Virus record (IMG/VR): IMGVR_UViG_3300027754_000127
Coordinates: 1-52,889 of that record
Strand: one strand, 5' to 3'
Length of the DNA: 52,889 nucleotides
Origin: a virus
Taxonomy: Duplodnaviria > Caudoviricetes
Position numbers and translations under genes: made by a program. The notes beneath the pieces were generated by a model. The model was not told where the DNA came from. It saw nothing but the letters and a program-made list of their open reading frames with translations, and made no database searches. Below, in pieces: positions 28,960-38,055 of the stretch; position 1 is the first letter of the stretch, and each line of letters opens with the position of its first letter.

Positions 28960-29361
28960 TTAATTAGTTAAAATTGCTGGTTGAGATTCAAATGAAATAG
29001 AGATAACCCCATCAGGAGAGTCATTAAATTCAATTTTATTCATTACAGAAGCGTTGTTAAATAGAATAGTTTGTCCAACTCCATCTGGCTCAATGACAAT
29101 TTGATTGTTTCCATTATTAGCGTGCAAATTACTAATAAGAACTCTTGGATCAGAATCAGTATCAGAATCGGAAACTAAAATATCAAAACTACACATACCT
29201 TTTTTTGTTTCTAGATTAGCATAAGGAATAGTTTGAACAGTATTACCAGAAACTTGGGTTCTAGTTGTTGTTTCAGGTAATCCTAAATCATATTTTAGAC
29301 TTCCTTGAAGAAAGAAGATATTAGATCCATTAATGGATATTTTTTTATTTGTATAAGCCAT
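28960..29361 (-). CDS. Tail tube protein
   Basis: 133 aa, beta-rich, immediately after the sheath. Confidence 0.75.
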   Translation of the reverse strand: MAYTNKKISINGSNIFFLQGSLKYDLGLPETTTRTQVSGNTVQTIPYANLETKKGMCSFDILVSDSDTDSDPRVLISNLHANNGNNQIVIEPDGVGQTILFNNASVMNKIEFNDSPDGVISISFESQPAILTN

Positions 29362-29362
29362 A

Positions 29363-30898
29363 TTATAATTGTGGTGTTAAATCAAAAGTTAAAGAATCTA
29401 ATTGACCCATCAAGTTAAACACCATAGAGCCACTAACTGCACCAGTAGCAGTGTTCACAGTCACTACTAAATTTTGTTTAAATTCATTCAATAAAGTGTC
29501 CGAATATTGAAGAACATTGTAAGGAAATTTAGTAAGGTCAATATAAAGACCAACTATGTAAGCTCTGATTGTTTTTTCATTTGCATAACGAGCTAATGTA
29601 TTATCAGGAGTATCACCAGCAGTTAATCCAGCTTGTGCATAGTAATTTTTAAGATTGGTCATAATATAGGCTCTGGCAGTTGTTGCACAGTCGCTTTTAT
29701 TTAGAGTTTGGTAAGTATAACCGTCAGCAGTTGGAGTAGCTTGTTTATAAGCAGACATCCAAAGTTTATTAGTCACTGCAACAGTTCCACTTTCATCCAT
29801 ACTTAAAGTTGATATACCTAAATCACCCAAACCTTCAATTTCATCAAGGGTAAATCCTTTACCAGCAGCAATGGTAGCAAAGTTATTGAGCTTCATATTT
29901 GAGTAAGGAATACCAGCAGTAAAATATCCACCTCTGTTATTTTCACTCATCATAAATGAGCTAATAGAAGCGTTATTTTTAAGTCTTAAAGTTCTAAGAG
30001 CAGCAATATAAGCAGGAATTGTGTAATCTAATTCTGGCATTGAACCACCTTTATAATCAGCGTCATTTACAAGTTTAACACCAATATAAGTGATGACCTT
30101 AGAAGCTAAAGTTGCTGGAGCTGCAGCTGTTTGAAGATTAGCATAAGTATCAGTCTTAGCAACAATACCAACACCATCTAAAATTTGGTTTCTAGTGTTA
30201 AACTTAGCTTCTAAATGAGTTTTAATAGTGGATAAGAAAGCTACAGGAGAAATAATATCGTATCTTGAAGCATCAATTTTAGTTAAGATGCCAGTCAAGG
30301 TTGGATCAGTTGCACCAGAAGTAAAAACAGTAGTAGTTTGGGTAACTCCGCTTGGTAAAGATTCAACTTGAATAGTAATTCTATTTCCTTCTGTTCCTTT
30401 GTTTTTAGCGGTGAAGGTTACTGTTCCAGTAGAGTTTGCTGCTGTAACTGGCGAATTGCTATCAGCGGTAATCGCTGTAACTAGATCATTACCAATAGTT
30501 GTTGCAGTAGATGAAGTAGTTGTCGCAATAGCGTATCTGTTTTTAGTGTAAGAACCAACTGTCACATATAAAGTTCCTGCCGCAGGACTAGAAGCTGCAA
30601 AAGCAACCGAACCAGTAGCAGCAACACCAGAACCATTGTCAGAAACGATAATTGCATCTAGTCTAGTTTGTGAATTTATTGCTTTAAAAATGTCAATCAT
30701 CAAATGACCAATAGAACCTGCACCACAAAGTGCTTTACCAGTCCCTAGTTCGTTCGAGATATTTGTGACTAATGCTCCAGAAGTGAAAGACCCTGCACTT
30801 GTTCCTTGTGCAAGAATAAGTGGAATACGATCAGAAGGAGCTATGTTGGTAAGTTTAGAAACTAAATTAGCTTCCGTGATTGGGAAAGTGCCTGCCAT
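29363..30898 (-). CDS. Contractile tail sheath (Mu gpL-like)
   Basis: LCGAGSIGHLM, TAKNKGTEGN and SGATDP motifs. Confidence 0.9.
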   Translation of the reverse strand: MAGTFPITEANLVSKLTNIAPSDRIPLILAQGTSAGSFTSGALVTNISNELGTGKALCGAGSIGHLMIDIFKAINSQTRLDAIIVSDNGSGVAATGSVAFAASSPAAGTLYVTVGSYTKNRYAIATTTSSTATTIGNDLVTAITADSNSPVTAANSTGTVTFTAKNKGTEGNRITIQVESLPSGVTQTTTVFTSGATDPTLTGILTKIDASRYDIISPVAFLSTIKTHLEAKFNTRNQILDGVGIVAKTDTYANLQTAAAPATLASKVITYIGVKLVNDADYKGGSMPELDYTIPAYIAALRTLRLKNNASISSFMMSENNRGGYFTAGIPYSNMKLNNFATIAAGKGFTLDEIEGLGDLGISTLSMDESGTVAVTNKLWMSAYKQATPTADGYTYQTLNKSDCATTARAYIMTNLKNYYAQAGLTAGDTPDNTLARYANEKTIRAYIVGLYIDLTKFPYNVLQYSDTLLNEFKQNLVVTVNTATGAVSGSMVFNLMGQLDSLTFDLTPQL

Positions 30899-30926
30899 AA
30901 TATGTTTTTGTGATGAAAAACAATCT

Positions 30927-31121
30927 CTATTTTTTCTTGCCTTGAGCCAGAGATTTTAACTCAAAGTGATTTTTGTTTTCTTCAATAAATCTTAACTGTT
31001 CATACCAGAGAGAATCCGTAGGAACTCCATCTTGGTCAACTTGAATAAAAATTGAAGTATTAGCTTTATACCATTTTTTCTTGATATAAAAGTCTTTTAA
31101 AAATTTTAATTCTGCTTCCAT
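30927..31121 (-). CDS. Small pre-sheath protein (Mu gp38-like position)
   Basis: Gene order; GVP...W pattern. Confidence 0.55.
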   Translation of the reverse strand: MEAELKFLKDFYIKKKWYKANTSIFIQVDQDGVPTDSLWYEQLRFIEENKNHFELKSLAQGKKK

Positions 31122-31248
31122 AATATATTTTGTTGCGGCAATGTGGTGATTGCCTAGCTGTGGTGAAGTTGTTTGACATTTAAGATATATTTTTTAAACT
31201 TAGCAAGACAAAACTATTGTTAGTAATAACAAATAACCAATTGCCTCA

Positions 31249-32718
31249 GTGTTAAACCAAAAAACCCTAGATAAGATTATCCAAGATAGCCAGAATGAGT
31301 CTCTTCGTGGAAGTTTTAGAGATTATTTTAAAAAGTTCGCTTATCCTTTTATCCATCCTGGAAATAAATTAGTTGATACTTGGAGTATTGATTGCTTGTG
31401 TGAATATGGTCAAGCCTTAGCGGATGGTGATATAAAGAGATTAATCATAAACATTCCTCCTGGACTTTTAAAGTCCACAATTTTCTCTTCTGCGCTTCCT
31501 TCTTATATTCTAGGACGAACACCTTATGAGAAAATCTTTGCAATTTCAAATAAAGAAAATCTAGTTAATCGTAATATCGGTTGGACTAAAAGAATTACTG
31601 AAACAAGCGGTTTTAAAACTATGTTTCCAGAATTTAAACCAGACGACAGAAAGAATACTGAAACTCACTTTAGAACTACTAAAGGTGGAGAAATGCAGGG
31701 TTTTGCTACGGAAGGAAACATTACTGGTGAGCGTGCAAATTATCTATTCTTTGATGACTATATGTCTTCTACAATGATGCAGTCAGACACCACCAGAGAT
31801 AGATTGTTAAGTAAATATGATGATACTTTTGAACGAAGAGCGGATGTTATTAGAAACTGTATTGCTATTATTGAACAAAGGCTCGGTGTAAGCGATTTGA
31901 CAGGATTCTTACTTAGAACTAGAAAAGGTGAATATGAGCATTTATGCCTTCCTGTAGAATTTGAGGAGAAGAAGTTTTTTTATATTGGCAATTTCAAAAA
32001 AGAAGTTGATAAAGGGGATTTACTTGCTCCCGAGTTATTGACAAGGGAAAAAGTTGATCTACTCAAAAATAGAATTGTTGATACTGAAACTGGCATTGCA
32101 AATGGTAAGCAGATATATTTTACACAGTATATGCAAAAACCAGTTGCAGAAGGTGGAAATATGGTTGATATGAAATGGTTCCAAAGATTTGATCTTTCAC
32201 AAGTTCCTTTTATGGAGTTTGATAGTGTTTATGTAAGTGCCGATACTGCCCAGAAAGTAAAAGAAATAAATGACCCTTCTGGCTTCCTCAAATTTGGTGT
32301 CAAGGGTTCTTCAATTTATTTAATTGATAGATATAACAAAAGAGCGATATACCAAGATACAAAGGCAAATTTACTTATGTTTGCTGGCAAATTTCCTTCT
32401 GCTCATAAAATTTTAATTGAAGATGCAAATACAGGTTCTTCATTGATCCAAGAACTTCAAAAAGAATGCAGTTATGGAATCATTCCAATTTCTCACGGAG
32501 GAATTAAAAAAGAAATCCGTTTTTATAATTCTACTGGTGCAATGGCAAATGGAAATATCTACCTTCCTAAAGAAGCAACTTGGTTATTTGATTTTGAAGA
32601 GTCGTTAATGCAGTTTCCTAATGCTTCTCACGATGAAGATGCGGATTGTCTGGCTCAATACCTTCTGTGGTTTAAGAATAATTCAGTTGATTGGGAAAAG
32701 ATGTTTATGGTCTTCTAA
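31249..32718 (+). CDS. terL: Terminase large subunit (Terminase_6/6C type), inverted relative to the structural genes
   Basis: LIINIPPGLLKS (Walker A region), FFDD (Walker B), QYMQKP, SADTA and FPNASHDEDAD nuclease motifs. Confidence 0.92.
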   Translation: MLNQKTLDKIIQDSQNESLRGSFRDYFKKFAYPFIHPGNKLVDTWSIDCLCEYGQALADGDIKRLIINIPPGLLKSTIFSSALPSYILGRTPYEKIFAISNKENLVNRNIGWTKRITETSGFKTMFPEFKPDDRKNTETHFRTTKGGEMQGFATEGNITGERANYLFFDDYMSSTMMQSDTTRDRLLSKYDDTFERRADVIRNCIAIIEQRLGVSDLTGFLLRTRKGEYEHLCLPVEFEEKKFFYIGNFKKEVDKGDLLAPELLTREKVDLLKNRIVDTETGIANGKQIYFTQYMQKPVAEGGNMVDMKWFQRFDLSQVPFMEFDSVYVSADTAQKVKEINDPSGFLKFGVKGSSIYLIDRYNKRAIYQDTKANLLMFAGKFPSAHKILIEDANTGSSLIQELQKECSYGIIPISHGGIKKEIRFYNSTGAMANGNIYLPKEATWLFDFEESLMQFPNASHDEDADCLAQYLLWFKNNSVDWEKMFMVF

Positions 32719-32928
32719 AAGATGCTCTAAATCTTCTAGTCTAAAATTTCTATAGTTTGGCATTGCATCTTGTTCCATTGCTAATTTTATTCTTTTACTT
32801 TCTTTTTGTCTAGTTGTTCCAAACTTTTTATAGTAATTATCAATTAACTTCTTTGATAATTCTTTGTTGTCTAAGCGTTTCATATTAGAAAGTATTGTAA
32901 AGTTGCTTAAGATTAAGTTCATTAACAA
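32683..32928 (-). CDS. Hypothetical protein (likely start at about 32883)
   Basis: Short ORF. Confidence 0.45.
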   Translation of the reverse strand: MLMNLILSNFTILSNMKRLDNKELSKKLIDNYYKKFGTTRQKESKRIKLAMEQDAMPNYRNFRLEDLEHLLEDHKHLFPIN

Positions 32929-33148
32929 GAGTTTTTTCGTTTATTCTTGTTATTGTAGCTTTTAAACATTTGATCGCTTCTTCTTGTGGAACTTTCTCTA
33001 GTGTTGCCCAATTTTTACAGGCTTCTAATTCTTTTTTTCTTAAATCACTTTTTATTTCTTTTGAATAAGAAATTGAAGGGAAAAGTAAAAATGGAATGAT
33101 TAATAGTTTTTTCATAGTTTTAATTTTGTTGGTCAACATCTCCCGCAA
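32885..33148 (-). CDS. Small secreted protein (likely start MKKLLII at 33115)
   Basis: Signal peptide and two cysteines. Confidence 0.5.
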   Translation of the reverse strand: MREMLTNKIKTMKKLLIIPFLLFPSISYSKEIKSDLRKKELEACKNWATLEKVPQEEAIKCLKATITRINEKTLVNELNLKQLYNTF

Positions 33149-34481
33149 TATTCATAACTGATCCATTAAAATCAGGATTAAGAATATTAAAGTCAAATTC
33201 TCTAAAGGCAAATACATCATCAGGATCAATAGCATCAGTTTGATTAAACCAGCAAGATGCTTGAAAGGTGTATTGATGAACATAATACGACCCATTGGAC
33301 ATAACTTTTCCTCCTCTTACATACATTAATCCAGAATATCTAGTTTGAGATAAACCGCTTTCTGGTTGAAATCCTAGCAATGCTTTAAGAAAAAATGTCC
33401 TATATGATTGAGCTAAATCCTTTGTCCTTGCATAAAGCAATTCGTCATTAGATTCTCCGCAAGGAATAAAAATCAGAATAACAAGATTCTGATATATATT
33501 TTGCCTTATGTCATTTCCTGATTGATAAGTTGAGATGCCATCTGTTTTTGTATTTTGATCTTTACTACCATTTTCATCTTCAGTAACAACAAATATCCAT
33601 TTTCTTGATTGATTTGGTTCGCAATCACTTTGAAAAAATTGTAATGATCTTTCGAAATCTTCTTGTCCACCAATAGTTGGGTCAGTTCTTGTAGTCATTA
33701 CTCCTTGTGCTGGCGTTCCTAAAGTTGAATCGCAAGCATAGGTAAAAGAAGTTGTGGTAGGAACGGTTAAAATTGTTTTATATCCATTATATCCAGCTTT
33801 ATATGAACTTAATTGGGTGATTGTTCCAGTTGCAGGCGTAGTTGGGTTATTAGCTACTTCAAAAATAAAAGTGTTAGAATTAATCAACTGCCTAACTTTC
33901 ATCACTTTGCCAAAAGCGTGAGTTCCATTTTCTTCTGTTCCAAAAACTGTGTAAGTGAAGGTAGTGGTAGATGGAACGCTAACTAGGGTAGTTTTTTTAT
34001 TATAAACTTCTGGGGTAATTCCTGTTAATTCAACTTCAATATTAGAATTAAGAATATATCCGTGAGGGGTTTTAGTTGTAACGGTTGCAGTAGACCCAGA
34101 AATAGTGATTGATTCAATTTCTATGGAAGGTGCGGCGAGGCAATTATCTCTATCAGTGTAAAGAGTTTTTATTCCATTATAGTCAGTTTGATTAGCTCCA
34201 CTAATTTCAACAGTTTTAGTGCCTCTGATAAGTGGGTGCGGAGCAGAAGTAATGGCTAAAGCGTAGTCTCCGTTTCTGGTCAGAGAGGAAATGACGACTG
34301 GAACTTTTGATCCATTAATTAAAACTTTATTACCGACAGCTAATTGGTGGGCAACATTCGTAGTAGCGGTTGCAGTGCTTGCACTTCTTGTTAAGGAAGT
34401 TATGGAAGTATTTTTTGTGAAGTCTCCTGTGTATCTAGGAAGGACTGCTTTTAGTTGATTAACTATTTGTTCTGCTTGCAT
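33120..34481 (-). CDS. Tail completion/terminator-like protein with three nested beta-domain insertions
   Basis: Position after the gp10-like gene; repeated ITSLTR..A.AT...H.L..G motifs. Confidence 0.65.
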   Translation of the reverse strand: MQAEQIVNQLKAVLPRYTGDFTKNTSITSLTRSASTATATTNVAHQLAVGNKVLINGSKVPVVISSLTRNGDYALAITSAPHPLIRGTKTVEISGANQTDYNGIKTLYTDRDNCLAAPSIEIESITISGSTATVTTKTPHGYILNSNIEVELTGITPEVYNKKTTLVSVPSTTTFTYTVFGTEENGTHAFGKVMKVRQLINSNTFIFEVANNPTTPATGTITQLSSYKAGYNGYKTILTVPTTTSFTYACDSTLGTPAQGVMTTRTDPTIGGQEDFERSLQFFQSDCEPNQSRKWIFVVTEDENGSKDQNTKTDGISTYQSGNDIRQNIYQNLVILIFIPCGESNDELLYARTKDLAQSYRTFFLKALLGFQPESGLSQTRYSGLMYVRGGKVMSNGSYYVHQYTFQASCWFNQTDAIDPDDVFAFREFDFNILNPDFNGSVMNIAGDVDQQN

Positions 34482-34488
34482 TTACTAA

Positions 34489-34920
34489 TCAATTTGGGTT
34501 TTTAATTAATTTTTCTATTTTTTCCAAAAATTCATCTGGTATAGAATAAAAATCTAAAAAAGAATAACCATCGCTTATTTTTAATAAATAAAATTCATTT
34601 TTATTGATTGAGAATTTTATAAATTGACCATAAAAATCATCATCATTGTCAATCCAAACACTATAAACTCTATGTGGCTCGATTACTTCAACAGTATTAA
34701 AAACTTTCCCTTGCAATTCTTTAAAAATTACTCTTTTTGAAAAAGAAGCTACAAAGTCCCTAATCTCTTCAATTGAAGATTTAACAATTTCTACAGGGTC
34801 TTGTTTTTTATCTATAAGAGGATATTTTAACGATAATTTCGCAAGTGCTTCATTTCGTAATAGCTGCCCTTCTTTTATCTCATCTTCTATAAAATAAGTT
34901 TTTATCATAAATAATTTCAT
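34489..34920 (-). CDS. Hypothetical protein (moron-like)
   Basis: AT-rich ORF with its own upstream 12-bp inverted repeat. Confidence 0.55.
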   Translation of the reverse strand: MKLFMIKTYFIEDEIKEGQLLRNEALAKLSLKYPLIDKKQDPVEIVKSSIEEIRDFVASFSKRVIFKELQGKVFNTVEVIEPHRVYSVWIDNDDDFYGQFIKFSINKNEFYLLKISDGYSFLDFYSIPDEFLEKIEKLIKNPN

Positions 34921-34968
34921 ATTAAGGTTAATAATTAGTCATAATAAATAACTAATTATTAAAAGCAA

Positions 34969-35439
34969 CTACTTTTTTGAGGTGTCAATTCCTTGTTTGA
35001 TATTATTGATGATATTGCCACGAGATTGTTTGATAGGGCGGATTAGATTATTTCTTGGGGCAACATAAGCTCCTTGTCCATTAACTCCACCTTTTTCTTG
35101 GATTCCTGCGTAAGGAGTGTTGGCGGATATTTCCAGTCTGTCCGTTCCTAGAGTTTTTCCTCTCACGCTTCTCGCCAATTGTCCGTCCAATATTGCAGAG
35201 CTTTGACCTCCAGATGAATTTGAGGCTTGGTGGTTAATGTATCGTTTTTTTCTTTTAACGATGATTGGGTAAATTCTACCTGTTTTAGGTTTGTTCATTT
35301 CATCTTTGATAAGTCCGCCACTTGTGGAATTAGGAACCCCAGCTAATTCTATGGAACTTTTTTGTAGTCCTGATTTAATTCCTGCTTTGATGAGTTTATC
35401 TAAATTAAAAATAGATTTAGGAATCTTTAACTTGCTCAT
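34969..35439 (-). CDS. HK97 gp10-like tail completion protein
   Basis: KTGRIY...HQAS...GQLARSV...YAGIQEKG...APR. Confidence 0.8.
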   Translation of the reverse strand: MSKLKIPKSIFNLDKLIKAGIKSGLQKSSIELAGVPNSTSGGLIKDEMNKPKTGRIYPIIVKRKKRYINHQASNSSGGQSSAILDGQLARSVRGKTLGTDRLEISANTPYAGIQEKGGVNGQGAYVAPRNNLIRPIKQSRGNIINNIKQGIDTSKK

Positions 35440-35831
35440 ATTCTAGTATTAACTAAGTCAGAACTTCCTCTAATAGAGCATTTAAGGACTATCGTTTCAT
35501 ATTTGCCTTCAAGGTTTGGGATAATCTCTACAATCTCGTAATTATTTCCATCAAACTGCAAGATATGAGTTTTATTTACTTTGACTGAATCATAGCGAAT
35601 GTAGAAATGATCGGTAATTTTCCCAATCATATTCACGCCATCAAAAATCTCTTCTCCATTTACGGATTTTTGCATTGCCCACATAGAAGCAACCAAAGAA
35701 AGGTTCAGGTTTGGATCAACAGCGGTGGTGTTTGTAGCTTGTTTTGTCTTCTTATAAATTGAGATATAAGAACGCATATTTCCTATGCAGGTCTTAGATG
35801 GTTTTGATTTAATTCTAGCGCAATTTCCCAT
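35436..35831 (-). CDS. Head closure / head-tail adaptor
   Basis: IGNMRSYI, FYIRYD and GNNYEI; gene order. Confidence 0.8.
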   Translation of the reverse strand: MGNCARIKSKPSKTCIGNMRSYISIYKKTKQATNTTAVDPNLNLSLVASMWAMQKSVNGEEIFDGVNMIGKITDHFYIRYDSVKVNKTHILQFDGNNYEIVEIIPNLEGKYETIVLKCSIRGSSDLVNTRI

Positions 35832-36472
35832 TAGAAATCTACAATTTTATATTGGTCAAATAGTTGCATTGAAGCCATCATATCTGTCATATTGGCACAA
35901 TCTCCTCTGTTTTCGTATAAGTAAGAAATCATTTGAAGCAAAGCATTTTGAATATCGACGGGAATATCAGAATTAGAAATTCCAAATCCAGCAACAAAAG
36001 TAATAGCTACTACTTGTTTCTTAACATCAACTTCTGGAAAATTCTTATTATTCACAAGATAAATAGCTGAATAATCAGGAAGGTCGGTAAAATAATAATC
36101 ATTAGCGGACCAAGTTGTCAAAACTCCATCTATGTAATATTTAATGTGGGTGATTGATTGTAGTTTTGATCTTCTTAGAACAATTCCGTTGTCATTATAC
36201 TTAGGAAGTAAGGGGCTTACACCAGAATAATAATCAAGTGAATTGTGAGAAGGAAATTTGTCTAGGTAAGTTTTGTAAGTCTTGTTAATTAAATCTCTAC
36301 CAGTGGCTTTTTCAAAATATGCAGCAACCGATTTAATCAAAGCCGTGATTAAATTATCATCAACGGAAAGGCTACTAGGAACTTTCAAATAATCCTTAAC
36401 ACTTTGTAAGTCTAAAGGTAGAACCGAAGCCCCAGTAACCAATATATAGTTAATTGGTTGCTGGAATATCAT
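35831..36472 (-). CDS. Head-tail connector (gp6/gp15-like)
   Basis: VKDYLKV...DDNLITALI and ISYLYENRG. Confidence 0.88.
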   Translation of the reverse strand: MIFQQPINYILVTGASVLPLDLQSVKDYLKVPSSLSVDDNLITALIKSVAAYFEKATGRDLINKTYKTYLDKFPSHNSLDYYSGVSPLLPKYNDNGIVLRRSKLQSITHIKYYIDGVLTTWSANDYYFTDLPDYSAIYLVNNKNFPEVDVKKQVVAITFVAGFGISNSDIPVDIQNALLQMISYLYENRGDCANMTDMMASMQLFDQYKIVDF

Positions 36473-36473
36473 T

Positions 36474-36836
36474 TTAGTTTTTTGATTTTGTTGCCAAAGT
36501 AATTACTGCTGGATTAGTAGCTTGGATAGTTCCTGATACAATCTTTAAGAATCTAACCGAAGATAAATCTATAGTAGTTCCTAAAGTGTAATAACTGCTA
36601 GTCGTAACCGTAGAAGAAATTGCGCTACCAGTGCTTAAAACCTTAATTGGTTTGTAAGTTCCAGTAAGTGAATCTGATCCTTGAAAAGTTAAAGCAGTTC
36701 CAGTTAAATTTGCATCAGTAATTAAGCCAACTAATGTAGTGCCATAAAAGTCAACTGCATTAGAGACTGTTTGTCCAACAGCAATAGTAACACTAAGGTC
36801 AAAATTTGTTCTTGCTTGAAAATCTTTTGAAGCCAT
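36474..36836 (-). CDS. Putative head decoration/structural protein
   Basis: Beta-rich, in the head operon. Confidence 0.5.
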   Translation of the reverse strand: MASKDFQARTNFDLSVTIAVGQTVSNAVDFYGTTLVGLITDANLTGTALTFQGSDSLTGTYKPIKVLSTGSAISSTVTTSSYYTLGTTIDLSSVRFLKIVSGTIQATNPAVITLATKSKN

Positions 36837-37273
36837 TATGCTAATGTAATTTCAATTGTGAATACAGTTTTTACTGTGCCAGTAGAACCGCCATCAGTAG
36901 TTAGTGTAATTAAATCACCAGCAGCAACTGTATTTAAGGCAGTTGGAGTACAAGAATCAATATCGCCAGCAGCAGAACCAGAAAAAGCTACAGTAATTGA
37001 ACCATTAGTGATTGCAACACCATTAATATTGCTTGTAACGATAGAGTTTGCACCAGAAATAGCTCCGTTAATTACGGAATAAATCTTAGAGATAGTTCCT
37101 GCAAATGGAGCAACAACATAACAAGAAGAAGCAGTTGAAATATCAGCTAATTCTACATTAGTAGATCTTTTTTTAAGATTAACACCAGCAGCATTTTCTA
37201 CTGTTCCGCCCAATACAAGAATATTGTCTCCATTGGCTTTGGCTGGTTTAAGATAATTTTTAGTTTCTGGCAT
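36836..37273 (-). CDS. Putative head decoration/fibre protein
   Basis: Beta-rich and S/T/G-rich, in the head operon. Confidence 0.5.
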   Translation of the reverse strand: MPETKNYLKPAKANGDNILVLGGTVENAAGVNLKKRSTNVELADISTASSCYVVAPFAGTISKIYSVINGAISGANSIVTSNINGVAITNGSITVAFSGSAAGDIDSCTPTALNTVAAGDLITLTTDGGSTGTVKTVFTIEITLA

Positions 37274-37277
37274 ATAT

Positions 37278-37580
37278 TTATTTTTTATATTTCTTGTTAG
37301 TAATTCTAATTTCTTTTACTTCTTCAGTAGCTTCAGTTGATTGCTCAATTACTGGTTCTTCAACTTTATTTTCAGGAGAATTAAAAATAGCTTTATTTTC
37401 AAATTTTGGTAACATTTTTTCCTCTTTAACTTCCTCAGCGAATCCTTTATTATCAAAAGCCCATTTTAGAAAGTGGGGAGTTAATCTCGTATCTTTCTCT
37501 AAAACTTCACCCTCTTTAAAGTCAGCAACATTATGACCATCAATAGAGGCTTTAAAATTTTTTAAAATTCTTATTTTCAT
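37278..37580 (-). CDS. Hypothetical head-region protein
   Basis: ENK repeats; position after the capsid genes. Confidence 0.55.
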   Translation of the reverse strand: MKIRILKNFKASIDGHNVADFKEGEVLEKDTRLTPHFLKWAFDNKGFAEEVKEEKMLPKFENKAIFNSPENKVEEPVIEQSTEATEEVKEIRITNKKYKK

Positions 37581-37597
37581 AAATATATGAGTAAATA

Positions 37598-37619
37598 AGG
37601 GGGATTTTACTCCCCCCTA
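37598..37619 (-). terminator. Probable intrinsic terminator after the capsid/decoration genes
   Basis: AGGGGGA-N6-TCCCCCT stem followed by a T-rich tract on the minus strand. Confidence 0.65.
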
Positions 37620-37623
37620 TAAA

Positions 37624-38037
37624 TTAAGCATTATTAGTAGTAGGAGCATTCAAAGGATAACCTAAGATTGCAATTACACTAAAGATTGCTGCACCTGTAT
37701 TATTAGCTGGAGTAATGGTCATTCTATTGTATCTTTTAGAACCATTATAACCAATTTCACGCAGTTTGTTGTCTGCGGCAAATGTAAAGCTAGCTTGTGC
37801 TTCAGTTCCCAAAAGGAAATCATCAGCAACAGCAGCGTAAGTTACATTGTCGTCAGAATCTTCTACTAAAACAGTAAAGGTAGCATCAGCATCAGCCAAA
37901 GAACCAATAGTGATTACATATTTTAGAGCGTCAAAACCAACCAAATCAACAACTGTACACACTTGTGCAGTATTGTCGGTTACGGAAGCTGGGGCAAGAA
38001 CTTGCTTCTCTTGTAGAGTAGTATAAATATCGTACAT
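37624..38037 (-). CDS. Capsid decoration/cement-like protein
   Basis: VDLVGFD...VEDSDD...IGYNGSKRY; immediately after the MCP. Confidence 0.65.
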   Translation of the reverse strand: MYDIYTTLQEKQVLAPASVTDNTAQVCTVVDLVGFDALKYVITIGSLADADATFTVLVEDSDDNVTYAAVADDFLLGTEAQASFTFAADNKLREIGYNGSKRYNRMTITPANNTGAAIFSVIAILGYPLNAPTTNNA

Positions 38038-38055
38038 TTTATATATTATTTAAGG

